A stretch of DNA of 64,000 bases. Origin: Squalus acanthias (Eukaryota). Each line of letters opens with the position of its first letter. The first letter of the stretch is position 1. Below are positions 48,433 to 60,419 of the stretch, one piece after another. Position numbers and translations under genes: made by a program. Where the stretch lies: contig CM059431.1 in NCBI GenBank assembly GCA_030390025.1, forward strand, positions 149,732,001 through 149,796,000, written 5' to 3'. Below the pieces are notes generated by a model. That model was not told the origin of the DNA, did not search any database, and saw nothing but the letters and a program-made list of their open reading frames with translations.

Positions 48433-50241
48433 TCATGGGGTACTATTACACGGTCCTGTGGCACCTACGGGGCCGGTTGCGACCGCCACCTTTCCATGTG
48501 CACTCAATAGATTGCGCATGGCTCCTAACACTACTTCGAGGTCGTCGGGAGGGGTGGGTGCATTAGCTTCCCTAGCCGGGACAGGCGCCTGGGCTCGGAC
48601 CGCGGGTTTTTTATCCTTGGAATCTTTCCAAGGGTTTCTGCAATGCTTGCGCCAGTGCCCTGTCTTCCCACACCCGTAACAAGCATTACTTGCCTGTGGG
48701 GCGCGATTACCCTCCTGATGCCACTCTCTTTGATACGGGGCTGCGGGTCGTACCTCATGTACTTTTCCCTTAAGGGGACGTGTTGCCATACCCCTTATAT
48801 TGCGATATCCTAACGTGAGTCGATTCAAGACCAACTCTTCCGTAATGTTGGGGTCATTGGGATCAAACCATGCTTTTGCCTGCTCTCTGACGGCTGGTAA
48901 ACTGTTGGCTATTATGCACCTAAGCCAATGAGCTAAACCGGCGCCTTCCACATCTTCGCGCTCGGGCGCACCTAGACAGCTGCGCTCATATACTGGCCAC
49001 AGCCTGTCGGCAAAAACCTTCGGGGGTTCTCCCTCCATCTGCACTGTCTGTCCCACTCTAGCAAACGGACCTTAATCGTCCGCCCCCAACACTTCCAGGA
49101 CCTCATTCTTTAATGCCTCATAAGTCTTGGTTCCCCTCTTGCTCTCGCCTGAGAGACACTGAAGGACCGAGCTGTCTAATGAGAACAGCAGCATTTTTGC
49201 TGTTTCCCCATCATCGCAGCCGTTAATGGCTGCGGCTTGCTCAACTTCTCTGAAATGTACGGAAGGGTCGTCTGACTCAGACAGCTTCCGTACGTGACTG
49301 ATCATAGCCCTCAGCTGGTGTGAGCTGTGAGGCAACACAAGCTGTCCGAGGAGATCCCCTGGTTCTTCCCCACCGTTTCTGTTTGGGCCCCTTTTAATAC
49401 CCGTTACTGGATACAACGGTCCCTTTTCCACTTCTTTCTCAATGGGCTCTTTCGTTTCTTCCATTGCTTCCTCCCTAACCCAGGTTTCCGAATAGCTGGG
49501 TGGCGCGGAGGGCGCAGTGGCTACTACTTCCTCTGCTTTACTTGGTGGGGATTTCTTAAACTTCTCACTTACTAGCGGCTGGTGTGCTGACGGACTGATA
49601 AGGCACACCATGCCGTGCGCTTTGTTCACGGCCTTTTTGAGGTGCTCTATCTCTTTTTGGCAGGTGCTATGATCGGCTCCCTGAAACTTATCCTCAAGGG
49701 CCAACTTATATGCCGCCCTAACCCCCGTTAAGCTCTCTTCCTGAGTTCTTATCAGGGCAGCTTGGCGGGCACATCTTTCCTTTAACCTGCTCTCATTTAA
49801 CTTTGCCTCAGTGACCTGGCACTCGAGGTAATCTATCCTTGTTTTATGGTGACTGGAGATTTCCTGGCGTTCTTGGTGCAACGCACTTAAATTCCTAATG
49901 AGCATTTCCCCTCCAGAAACCTTCTCATCCATTTCTCCCTCTAAATGACTGATTCGAGCTGTTAGCGCTGTAATGGTCTGGTTTGAAATCTGGACCTGCC
50001 TTTTGTAACACATTAGCGAGACTGCTTTCTCGAGTGTCTTTTTATGTTCTTTACTATCTGTCCACCTTTCGGCTGCCTCTAGCGGGCTTTTATCCGCTAA
50101 CAATTCACTTATCCATTTCTTAGTTAGATTAACCTTTCCGAACACATAATCTGCTATATTTTCCTGCATAACATTTCGTACAGTCATTCCAAAGTCTAAC
50201 ACACTACCCTCTCGCTGCCAGTGTCCTGCCGCGGTCGCCAT
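48433..50241 (-). CDS. gag: Gag (coiled-coil N-terminus, PSAPPSY late domain, capsid-like region, CCHC knuckle) with one in-frame TAA at 49072-49074
   Basis: ORFs 49072-50241 and 48433-49056 share a frame; CYGCGKTGHWRKHC knuckle. True start may be a later ATG because the first overlaps the PBS. Confidence 0.9.
50223..50240 (-). promoter_or_regulatory. Primer binding site, tRNA-Arg(UCG)
   Basis: Plus strand GTCCTGCCGCGGTCGCCA equals the 3' 18 nt (with CCA) of vertebrate tRNA-Arg(TCG) as I recall it; 5 nt from the LTR end. Confidence 0.88.
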
Positions 50242-50245
50242 TTTC

Positions 50246-51891
50246 TGTAAGGGATTCTGCCCCTGCGTGTCTCGCTGCCTGTGAGATTCACGCGGCTCTG
50301 TGCAGCCTGTATGTCAGTGCGGGTTTAGGCCTTGTTGCCTGTTCTGGTCTCCAGCCAGTCTGGGAGCACTAGACACACCTGTGAGTGGTTCGAATCACTC
50401 GCCCTTACGGTTCTAGACACTGGACTTAGATGCGAGAGCAGTAATGGAGATGAAACTCATGTAGACTCGGTTGAATGGTACGAAATGGAAAATCTTTATT
50501 GCATGATATTTAAGATTACGAAATACATGTCATAAGCACAGATTAATGACAGTACAATCTTACAAGCAGTTATATAGCTGATCCTAGGGAAACGAGGAAC
50601 GAACGACACACCGTAAATAGGGGCACACATTACAAGTATCCTTAATACTTAAACCCTCCCCTATCAATATCTGTCCTAGCTAGATTCGTAGGATTTTGAG
50701 ACTCATGCTCACCACTCGGGATAACTCGGAGAAATTCCGAATAGCTGATCGGATGTTTTTCACCGCAGCACCCACGTGTCGGTCAGGAGGTCTCCTGGTC
50801 CCACTTGTTTACTTGCTTCTGCTCCGGCTAGCAGGCTGGACCGTCTGCTGTGATGAAGATCTGTGTTGGTTGGTTTAACAGGCACTTTCCGAATACAGCC
50901 CAGTCAATATCATCTTTGACGATCCGTTCTTGCAAGTTCAAAGAAGTCTTCCTGGCAAGGAAAACTTGGCTGTTCGACCTACAGGCACGGTCGGGATTTA
51001 CTGACCGTGGCGATGAGTATGGTCTTCCTCTCTTCTCATCTCATCTCATCTCATCTCATCTCATCTCATCTCGTGCCTTTGGTTCCGATGCCAGTTACCA
51101 ACATAGGTCTTCGTTACGCGACACGAGGTAGATCCGAACGGAACAAAAAGTCCAACAGTCTTTTTCAAAGAGGCACCAGGCAAGCAGGAACAAGACTACG
51201 AGTCAAAAACACAGGAGCAGCCACGAGGTTATGAGTCGATCGGATAAGAGAATAAGAGAAAGATGGAGGGCTGGAGCTTGTAATTATAGCACAAAATCTT
51301 CCGTTTCCCGCCCAACCTTAATGTCCTTTCTTTTGTTTGAGTTTGGCGCTCAAATGTCTTGTATGGGTGATCTCCGTTCTTAATGGGTTTCGGGGCTACT
51401 CGTAACTGTCTGAGTACCTGTTAATATTTCTCCCATTGTTAAATCGGTCGGTGTTCTCCCTGGAGGGGTTTTGGGGCTTCCAAGTGTTTTGTATAACTAC
51501 CTGCTAACGGCTCTCTCATCGTAGAGTCGTTGGGATTTTACATATTAATGTCTTTTGGATGGGCCCTTGATTACTCGGTACAATAGCTTTCATTCGTACC
51601 TGGGAGACCGATTTCAGTATTTATGTGTATACTGCAAACCCATAATGTCTCGTGTATTATCTTCACTGTGCTGAATCTTAATCGATCTTGCACAAATGTT
51701 TATTGGAACGCCATCTTGTCTGCCTGTCGAAAAGTCTAGAATGTTCTGTCACGAGGTGCGGCGGCCATTTTACAGGCTGCTTGTGTCCACTTTGAGAAAC
51801 CTGACAGCATTCTGCTGAAATAAAAGCTGTTTGAACGAGACTCTGTGTTTTCTCCTTATTAATAAAATCGCGATATATTGCGAATTCTACA
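50246..51891 (-). repeat. 5' LTR of provirus B (1646 bp)
   Basis: Near-identical to 39156-40796 with one extra TCTCA unit; TATAAT-like box on the minus strand near 51283-51288. Confidence 0.97.
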
Positions 51892-52395
51892 TTTGCACTA
51901 GAGAGAGCACAGTGGAGATTTACGAGGATGTTGCCAGGACTGGAGAACTTTAGTTATGAGGAAAGATTGGACAGGCTCGGTTTGCTTTCTTTGGAACAGA
52001 TGAGGCTGAGGGAGATTTAGTTAATGTACATAAAATTATAAGCGGCCTAGATACAGTGGATAGGAAGCAGCTTCTTCCCTTAGCAGAGATGTCAATAACC
52101 AGGGGCACAGATTTAACGTAGTTGGTAAAAGGATTCGAGGAGAGTTGAGAATTCCTTTTACACGGTGTGTGGTGGGAGTCAGGAACTCACTGCCTGAAAG
52201 GGTGGTAGAGGCAGAAAACCTCATCACATTAAAAAGTACTTGGATCTGCACTTGAATTGCCACAACTTGCAAGGCTACGGAGCAAGAGCTGAAAGTGGGA
52301 TCAGTCTGGATTGGTCTTCTGCGGCCGGGACTGACACGATGGGCCGAATGGCCTCCTTCTGTGTCGTGCTTTTCTGTGATTCAATAATTCTATGT
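51892..52395 (+). mobile_element. CR1 3' end, right of provirus B insertion
   Basis: Continues the CR1 from 39155 through the 3' UTR and tail. Confidence 0.85.
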
Positions 52396-52399
52396 TGTT

Positions 52400-53200
52400 T
52401 AACCTTCTCTGCTCTGAAAAGAACAGTCCCAGCTTCTCCAGTCTCTACACGTAACTGAAGTCCCAGATCCCTGGTACCCTTCTGGTATATCCCTAAACCT
52501 TGTCTAATCCTTGACATGCTTTCCAAACTGTGGTGCCCAGAATTGGACACAATGCTCCAGTTGGGCCCTAGCCAGTGATTTAGAAATGGTTAGCATTTCC
52601 TCCTGGATTGTGTTACTCTGTGTCTCTGTTTGTAGAATCATAGAATTATAGAAAGTTACATAACGGAAGGAGGCCATTTCGGCCCATCGTGTCCACGCCA
52701 GCCAACAAAGAGCTATCCAAACTAATCCCACTTCCCAGCTGTTGTAAAGCCAAGGACGCCGTATGCTTTAATAGCATCTGTCGCAAGTTGTCCTGACACC
52801 TTCACAGATTCGGGTAATTACATCCCGAGTCTGTATGATCGTGCATCCACTTTAAAATAGTACCGTTTAGTATATATTGCCTCTGCTCATACTGCCTACC
52901 AAAATGTATCACTTCACACTTCTCTGTGTTAATTTTTTTCTGCCATGTAACTGCCCATTTCACCTGTCTGTCTATGTGCTCCTGAGGTCTGTTACTACAC
53001 GGCTCACTGTTAATTAACATTTCCGAGTTTCCTATCATCTGCAAACTTTGAAATTATGTGCTGTATACCCTAGTCCATGGCCTTGAAATACATGAAAAGA
53101 GCAATGGTCTCAATGCCGATCCCTAGGGCGCACCAATTTATACTTCCTCCAGTCTGAAAAACAACCGTTTACCTATACTCTCTGCTTTCTGTCTCTTAGC
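52400..53200 (-). mobile_element. Degraded CR1 fragments with a nested CR1 tail
   Basis: QLEHCVQFWAP, EKCEVIHFGR, tail at 52630-52740. Confidence 0.7.
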
Positions 53201-53229
53201 CAATGTCCTAGTCCAAGTCAGGGGACCAA

Positions 53230-55225
53230 TCTTAGTTCAATAAGGAGTGTAGCAGAGCATGGCGGGAGCATGACCAGGCGTACCTAAAAATGAGGTGCTA
53301 ATCTGGGGAAGCTGCAACACAGGACGATATGCATGCTAAAACGTGGAAGCAGCATGCTATAGACAGGGCGAAGCGATCCCACAATCAACGGATCAGATCA
53401 AAGCTCTGCAGCCCTGCTATATCCACTCGTGAATAGTGGTGGACCATTAAACAACTAACGGGAGGAAGAGGCTTCATGAATATCCCCATCCTCAATGATG
53501 GTGCAGCCTAACACGTGAGTACAAAAGTCAAGGCTTAAGTATTTTGAACCGTCTTCACCCAGAAGTGCTGAGTTGATGATAGATATCGGCCACCTCTTGA
53601 GGTCCCCACCATTACAGAAGCTAACCTTCAGCCAAATCGATTCACTCCACGTGACGTCAAGAAACGGCTCAGCGCACTGGATACAACAAAGGCTATGGGT
53701 TACCGACAGCAGCCCGGCTGTCGTGCTGAAAACTTGTGCTCCAGAACTAGCCGCCACACGAGCCTTGCTGCTCCAGTACAGCTACTACACTGGCATCTAT
53801 CCGACAATGTGGAAAACTGCCCAGGTATGTCCTGGCCACAAAAAGCAGGACAAATCCAATCCGCCCAATAACTGCCCCATCAGTCCACTATCACTCATCT
53901 GCAAAGTGATGCAAGGTGTCATCGACAGTGAAATCAAGCCGCACTTACTCATCAATAACCTGCTCATTGATGCCCAGTTAGTGTTCCGCCAAGACCACTC
54001 GGCCCTCGACCTCATTACAGCCTTGGTCAAAACATGGAATTGAATTCCAGAGGAGAGGTGAGAGTGACTGCCCGTGACATCAAGGCTGCAATTGACCGAG
54101 TGTGGCATCAAGGAGCCCTAGTAAAATTGAATTCATTGGGAATCAGGGGGAAAACTCTCCACTGACTGGAGTCATACCTCGCACAAAGGAAGATGGTTGT
54201 GGTGGTTGAGGTTCAATCATCACAGCCCCAGGACATCGATGCAGGAGTTACTCAGGGCAGAGTCCTCGACCCAAACATCTTCAGATGCTTCATCAGTGAA
54301 CTTCCCTCCAACATAATGTCAGAAATGGGAATGTTCGCTGATGACTGCACAGTGTTCAGCGCCATTCACAACTCCTCAGATAATGAAGTAGTCCATGCCC
54401 GAATGTAACAAGACCTGGACGACTTTCAGGCTTGGGCTGATAGCATTCGCACCACAAAAGTGCCAGGGAATGATTATCTCCAACAAGCGAGAGTCTCACC
54501 ACATCCCCTTGACATTCAACGGCATTGCCATCGCCGAATCACAAACCATCAACATCCTGGTTGGCACCATTGACCAGGAACTTAACTGGACCAGCCACAT
54601 AAATACTGTGGCATCAAGAGCAGGTCAGAGGCTAGGTATTCTGCGGCGAGTGTCTCAGCTCCTGACTCCCAAGAGGCAATCCACCATCCACAAGTCACAA
54701 TTAAGGAGTGTGTTGGAATACCCTTCAATTGCCTGGATGAGTGCAGCTCCAACAACAGTCAAGCAGCTCAAAACCATCCAGGACAAAGCAGCCCGTTTGA
54801 TTGGCACCCCATCCAGCACCGGGATCATTCACTCCCTCCAGCACCGGTGTACCGTGGATGCAACATGTACCATCTACAAGATGCACTGCAGCAACTCCCC
54901 AAGGCTTCTGCGGCAGCATCTCCCAAATCCGCGACCTCTTCCACCGAGCAGGACAAGGCAGCAAGCGCATGGGAAAACCATCAAATCCACGTTCCCCTCT
55001 AAGCCACACACCACCCCGGATTGGAAATATATCGGTCGATCCAGCATCGTCGCTGGGTTAAAATCCTGGAAATCCCTACCAACCAGCACTGTGCGATTAC
55101 CTTCACCACACGGACTGCAGCAGTTCAAGAAGGCGGCCCACAACCACCTTCTCAAGGGCTTATAAGGGATGACCATTAAATGCTGCCTTGCCAGTGACGC
55201 CCACATAACAAAAGCGAATTTAAAA
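53230..55225 (+). mobile_element. CR1/L2-clade LINE of a different family, RT region plus 3' end
   Basis: VLKTCAPELA, NNCPISPLSLICK, MFADDCTV, AGQRLGILRRV, AAHNHLLKG. Confidence 0.88.
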
Positions 55226-55229
55226 AATC

Positions 55230-55712
55230 ATCACAATACCAGGACATCGCAGGAGAAGTTCCGCAGGGCAGTGTCCTAATCCCAAACATCTTCAGCTGCT
55301 TTACAATGAGCTTCCCTCCAACATAAGGTAAGAAATGGGAATGTTTGCTTATGACTGCACATTGTTCAGCACCATTTACAACACCTCATATATTGAAGCA
55401 GTCAATGCCCGCAAGTAACAAGACCTGGACGATATTCAGGCTTGGACTGATAAGTGGCAGTCTTATTCGCGCCACAGAAGTGCCAGGCAATGACTATCTC
55501 CAACAAGCGAGAGTCTAACCTCCTCCCCTTGAGATTCAACTGCGTTATAATCACCAAATCCCAAACCATCAAAAGCCTGGGGTTCACCATTGACGAAAAA
55601 CTTGACTGGACCAGGCACATAAATTATGTGGCAACCAGAGCAGGCCAGAGGCGAGGTATTCTGCGGCGAGTGTCTCACCTCCTGACTCCATACAGCCTTT
55701 CCACCATCTACA
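55230..55712 (+). mobile_element. Second partial copy of the same LINE RT segment (matches ~54220-54690)
   Basis: caggacatcg...ccaaacatcttcag...gtattctgcggcgagtgtctca repeated. Confidence 0.85.
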
Positions 55713-56228
55713 AGCACTCCCTCAGTACCGACGCACCGACAGTGCAAAGCACCCTCAGTACTGCCCCTCCGACAGTACTGCTTTCCCTCATTACCGTCCC
55801 TCCGACATGGAGGCGCTCCCTCTGTACTGCCCCTCCGACAGTGCAGCATTCCCTCAGTTTGAAGCCTCCCACAGTGTTACGCCCCCTCAGTTCTGCCCCT
55901 CCTGCAGTGCAGTGCTCCCTCAGTCCTGCAACTCCGACAGTGCAGTGCTCCCGCAGTACTGTCCCTCCAGATATGCTGCGCTCCCTCGTACTGTCCACTC
56001 TGACAGAGCAACGCTCCGTAAGTACTGTGCCTTCGACAGCGCAGCGCTCCCTCAGTACTGCCCCTCCAATAGCGCATCGCTGACTCAGTACAGCCACTCC
56101 GACAGTGCAGCGGTCCCACAGAACTGCCCCTCCGAAAATGCAGCGCCCCCTCAGTACTGCTCCAGCGACAAAGCAGCGCTCAATCAGTACTTCCCCTCCG
56201 ACAGTACAGTGCTCCCTCAGTACTGACC
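55712..56228. repeat. ~33-bp minisatellite CAGTGCAGCGCTCCCTCAGTACTGCCCCTCCGA derived from the SINE core
   Basis: Visible tandem units; monomer matches gacagtgcagcactccctcagcactgc at 35100-35128. Confidence 0.88.
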
Positions 56229-56229
56229 C

Positions 56230-58797
56230 TTCGCGGGCTTTTTTGCAGAGAACAGTGCCGGGAGCGGAGAGAGCAGCAGCACAGTGAGTAGTTAAACTCA
56301 CTTTCGCGGGCTTTTTTGCAGAGAACAGTGCCGGGTGCGGAGAAAGCTGCAGCACAGTCATGATTTAAACTCACTTTCGCGGGCGTTTTTGCAGAGGGCA
56401 GTGTCGGGAGCGGAGAGAGCAGCAGCACAGTGAGTAGTTAAACTCACTTTCGCGGGCTTTTTTGCAGAGGCCAGTGTCGGGAACGGAGAGTGCTGCAGCA
56501 CAGTGATGATTTAAACTCACTTACGTGTGCTTTTTTGCAGAGGCTTACCATTCTCACAGACCGGCGGCAGCGTTCCAGATCCACGTCACAATTCAAAAAG
56601 TGACGTGAACATGAGAAGCAGCTGATTGGGTGAGTACGGCCAGGTGAGTATTTATACTGTTCTGCAGTTTGACAGTTAAGGTTAACAGTTTATAAAGTTT
56701 TATAGATCATAATTTTTGTGGTTATATTTCGAAGGTCTCTGTTGTGTAGCAGGGAGTGCTAGTATCAAGGGCCCTTGAGTGTATCATTTAATTGTAGTGT
56801 CATTTGTGGTATTGATTTGAGTTAATTTAAATTAATGAAAGGAAAAGTCATGGCAGCACAGCTCAGCCCCGTGGCATGCTCCTCATGCACAATGTGGGAA
56901 ATCAGGGACACTTCCTGTGTCCCTGTTGACCATGTGTGCGAGAAGTGTATCCAGCTGCAGCTACTGGCAGACCGCATTGCGGCGCTGGAGCTGCGAATAG
57001 TTGCATACTGGAGCATTCGCGATGCTGAGGATATCATGGATAGCACATTTAGGGAGTTGGTCACAAGGCAGGTAAAGGCTGCACAGGCAGGAAGAGAATG
57101 GATAACCACCAGGCAGAGTAGTAGGCACAGGAAGGTAGTGCAGGGGTCCCCTGTGGACATCCCGCTCTGAAACAGATATACCACTTTGGAAATGGTTGAG
57201 GGAGATGCCTTATCGGGGGAAGGCAGTAGCAGCAAACTTCCTGTTCACCATGGGTGGTTCTTCTGCACAGGACGAGAGGAAAAAGAGCGGGAGAGCTATA
57301 GTGTTAGCGGATTCTATTGCAAGGGGAATAGATAGGCGTTTCTGCGGCCGCAAACGAGACTCCAGAATTGTATGTTGCCTCCCTGGTGCAAGGGTCAAGG
57401 ATGTCTCGGAGCGGCTGCAGGGCATTCTGGAAGGGGAGGGTGAACAGCCACTTGTCGTGGTGCATATATGTACCAATGATATAGGTAAATAACGGGATAA
57501 GGTCCTAAAAGCTGAATATAGGGAGTTAGGAGCTAAATTAAAAAACATGACCTCAAAGGTTGTAATCTCAGCATTGCTACCGGTGCCACGTGCAAGTCAG
57601 AGTAGAAATAGAAGGATATTGCAGAAAAATAAGTAGCGAGAGGAATGGTGCAAGGGGGAGGAATTCAAATTCTTGGGACATTGGAACCGTTTCTGGGGGA
57701 GTTGGGACAATTACAAACTGGACGTTTTGCACCAGGGCAGGACCGCGACCGATGTCCTAGGGGGAGTGTTTGCTAGTGCTGTTGTGGAGGGTTTAAACTG
57801 AAATGGCAGGGTGTTGGGAACCTGTGCAGCGAAACAGAGGAAAGGGAAGCAAGGATAGAAGCAGAAGACAGGAAGGAGAAAAGCAAAAGTGGAAGGCAGA
57901 GAAATCAAGTGTGTAAATCAAACAGGGCTACAGTAAATAATAATTGTAAAATGACTAAGAGTTTTAAAACACAAGCCTAAAGTCTTTGTGGCTTATTGCG
58001 AGGAGCATTTGTAATAAGTTGGATGAATTAGCTGTGCAAATAAATGTAAGCGGATATGATATAATTGGGATTACGGAGGCATGGCTCCAGATGACCAAGG
58101 CAAGGAATTCAACATCCAGGGGTATACAATATTTAGGAAGGACAGTCAAAAACGAAAAGGAGGTGGGGTAGCATTGCTGGCTAAAAAGGAGATTAACACA
58201 ATAGTAAGGAAGGATATTAGCTTTGATGATGTGGAATCTGTATGTGTAGAGCTGAGCAATATCAATTGGCAGAAAAAAATTAAGTGGGAGTTGTATACAG
58301 ACCCCCAAACAGTAATGCTGAATTTGGGTATGGCATTACACGGGAATTAGAGACGCGTGCAATAAGGGCACAGCAGTTATCATGGGTGACTTTAATCTAC
58401 ATACAGATTGGGCTAACCAAATTAGTAACAATACTGTGTGTATGGAATTCCTAGAGTGTATACGGGATGGTTTCCTGGACCAATATGTCGAGGAGCCAAC
58501 TAGAGATCAGGCCCTCTTAGACTGGGTATTATGTGATGAGAAAGTAGTAATTAGCAATCTTGTTTTGCGAGGCCACTAGGGGAGGAGCGATCATAATATG
58601 ATAGAATTCTTCGTTAAGATGGTGAATGAATTAGTTGACTCAGAGACTAGGGTTCTGAATTTAAATAAAGGGAACTACGATTGGATGAGGCACTAGTTCG
58701 CTAGGATGGATTTAGGAGCGTTTCTTAAAGGGTTGACGATGGATAGGCAATGGCAAACATTTAAAGATCGCAGGAATGAACTAATGAATTTGTTTGT
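56230..58797 (+). mobile_element. CR1 LINE 5' portion: 73-bp tandem repeats, 5' UTR, ORF1 (zinc finger plus SGNH/esterase-like) and start of ORF2
   Basis: CSSCTMWE...CEKC zinc finger; VLADSIARG, CLPGARVKDV, VVHICTNDIG; ORF2 IARSICNK, MGDFNL; 3'-truncated. Confidence 0.92.
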
Positions 58798-58799
58798 TC

Positions 58800-59325
58800 T
58801 GTCTTGGGCCGGGGAGTCCCAGGTGTCGGTGGGGATGTTACACTTTTTAAGGAGGCTTTGAGGGTGTCCTTGAAACGTTTCCTCTGCCCACCTGGGGCTC
58901 TCTTGCCGTGCCGGAGATCCGAGTAGAGCACTTACTTTGGGAGTCTCGTATCAGGCATGCAGACGATGTGACCCGTCCATCGGAGCTGATCGAGCGTGGT
59001 CAAAGCTTCGATGTTGGGGATGCTGCCCAGACCAAGTACATTGACGTTGGTGCGCCTATCCTGCCAATGGATTTGCAGTATCTTGCGGAGGCAGCGTTGG
59101 TGGTACCTCTCCAGTACTTTGAGGTGCCTGCTGTACATAGTCCATGTCTCTGAGGCATACAGCAGGGCGGGTATCACTGCTGCCCTGTATACCATGAGCT
59201 TAGTGCCGGGTTTGAGTTCTTGGTGTTCAAACACTCTCTTCCTCAGGCTACCGAAGGCTGCACTGGCACACTGAAGGCGGTGTTGGACTTCGTCGTCGAC
59301 GTCTGCCCTTGTTGACAGCACTTCG
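58800..59325 (-). mobile_element. RTE (BovB-like) LINE fragment
   Basis: TKLMVYRAAVIPALLYASETWT...HQRCLRKILQIHWQDR...QLRWTGHIVCMPDTRLPK. Confidence 0.9.
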
Positions 59326-60150
59326 CACCGCTCACTGTAACACACTCTGTTATACCGCACCCCCTCACTGTAACACATACTGATATACATCACAACCCAC
59401 ACTGTAACACTCTAAAACAAGCCACACAGCAATACCCTGAAATACCCCAAACTCATGATTATAAAATTCTGATATACCCCACATCCCTCAATGTAACAAT
59501 CTGATTTACTCCGCACGACTTACTGTAACACTCTGATATACCACATACCCCTCATGGTAACACTCTGATATACCCCACACCGCTCACTATAACATTCTGA
59601 TATACCGACAGCGCTCACTGTAACATTCTCTGATATACCCCACACACCTCACGTTAAAACTCTGATATACTGCTCACCCTCACTGTAACACACATTGATA
59701 CACCTCACACCCCTCACTGTAACACTTTGGTATACCCCACACCCCTCGCTGTCATAGTCTGATATACTCCACACCCATCACTGTAACCGATTGATATACC
59801 CCACACCCCTCTCTGTTACACACTGATATATTCCACCCATTCAGTGTAACACACTGTGATATACCCCATACTCCTCTCTTTAACACTCTGATATACAACA
59901 CACCCCTCACTTTAACGGTCTGATATACCCTTACAACACTCACTGTAACAGACTGATATATCCCACAACCCTCACTGTAACGCTCTGATATACCGCACAA
60001 CATTCAAGGTAACACACTGATACATGACTCGCTCTGGACTGTTACTCCCCACATCACTCACAGTAACCCACTGATACATGCCACACTCTGGATTGTTTCA
60101 CCCACACCAGTCAATCTAATACTGATATACCTCGTACCACTCACTGTTGC
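59326..60150. repeat. ~30-bp minisatellite CTCACTGTAACACACTGATATACCCCACACC
   Basis: Visible tandem units. Confidence 0.9.
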
Positions 60151-60419
60151 CACTGCCACTTTAATCTCGTGGACTTCATTTTTGGTAATATGTGGTACTT
60201 TATCAAGCAACTTTTCAAAATATAGGGAAATTGGGAAAGTGTGAGTAGTATAAATCATAAAACCATAGAATTGTTGAGCCAAGTTGTGTTGACATTTTTT
60301 TTAGCGGAACATGACTTCTCACTCTGACCACAGACCTCGCCTGGTTTCAATCAGTGAATTTCAAAATCAGTGATTTTATTCCCATTTTATTATTTATATT
60401 TATTTGTTCTCACTATATA

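Larger units (their letters stand above)
39156..51891 (-). mobile_element. Near-intact full-length provirus B (lokiretrovirus-like ERV): LTR-gag-pol-env-LTR
   Basis: Paired TG...CA LTRs, TSD TTTG (39152-39155 and 51892-51895), PBS, open pol (1486 aa) and env ORFs. Confidence 0.97.

Noticed and set aside
55454..56428. Overlapping ~200-aa ORFs
   Set aside because: LINE fragment running into a 33-bp minisatellite.
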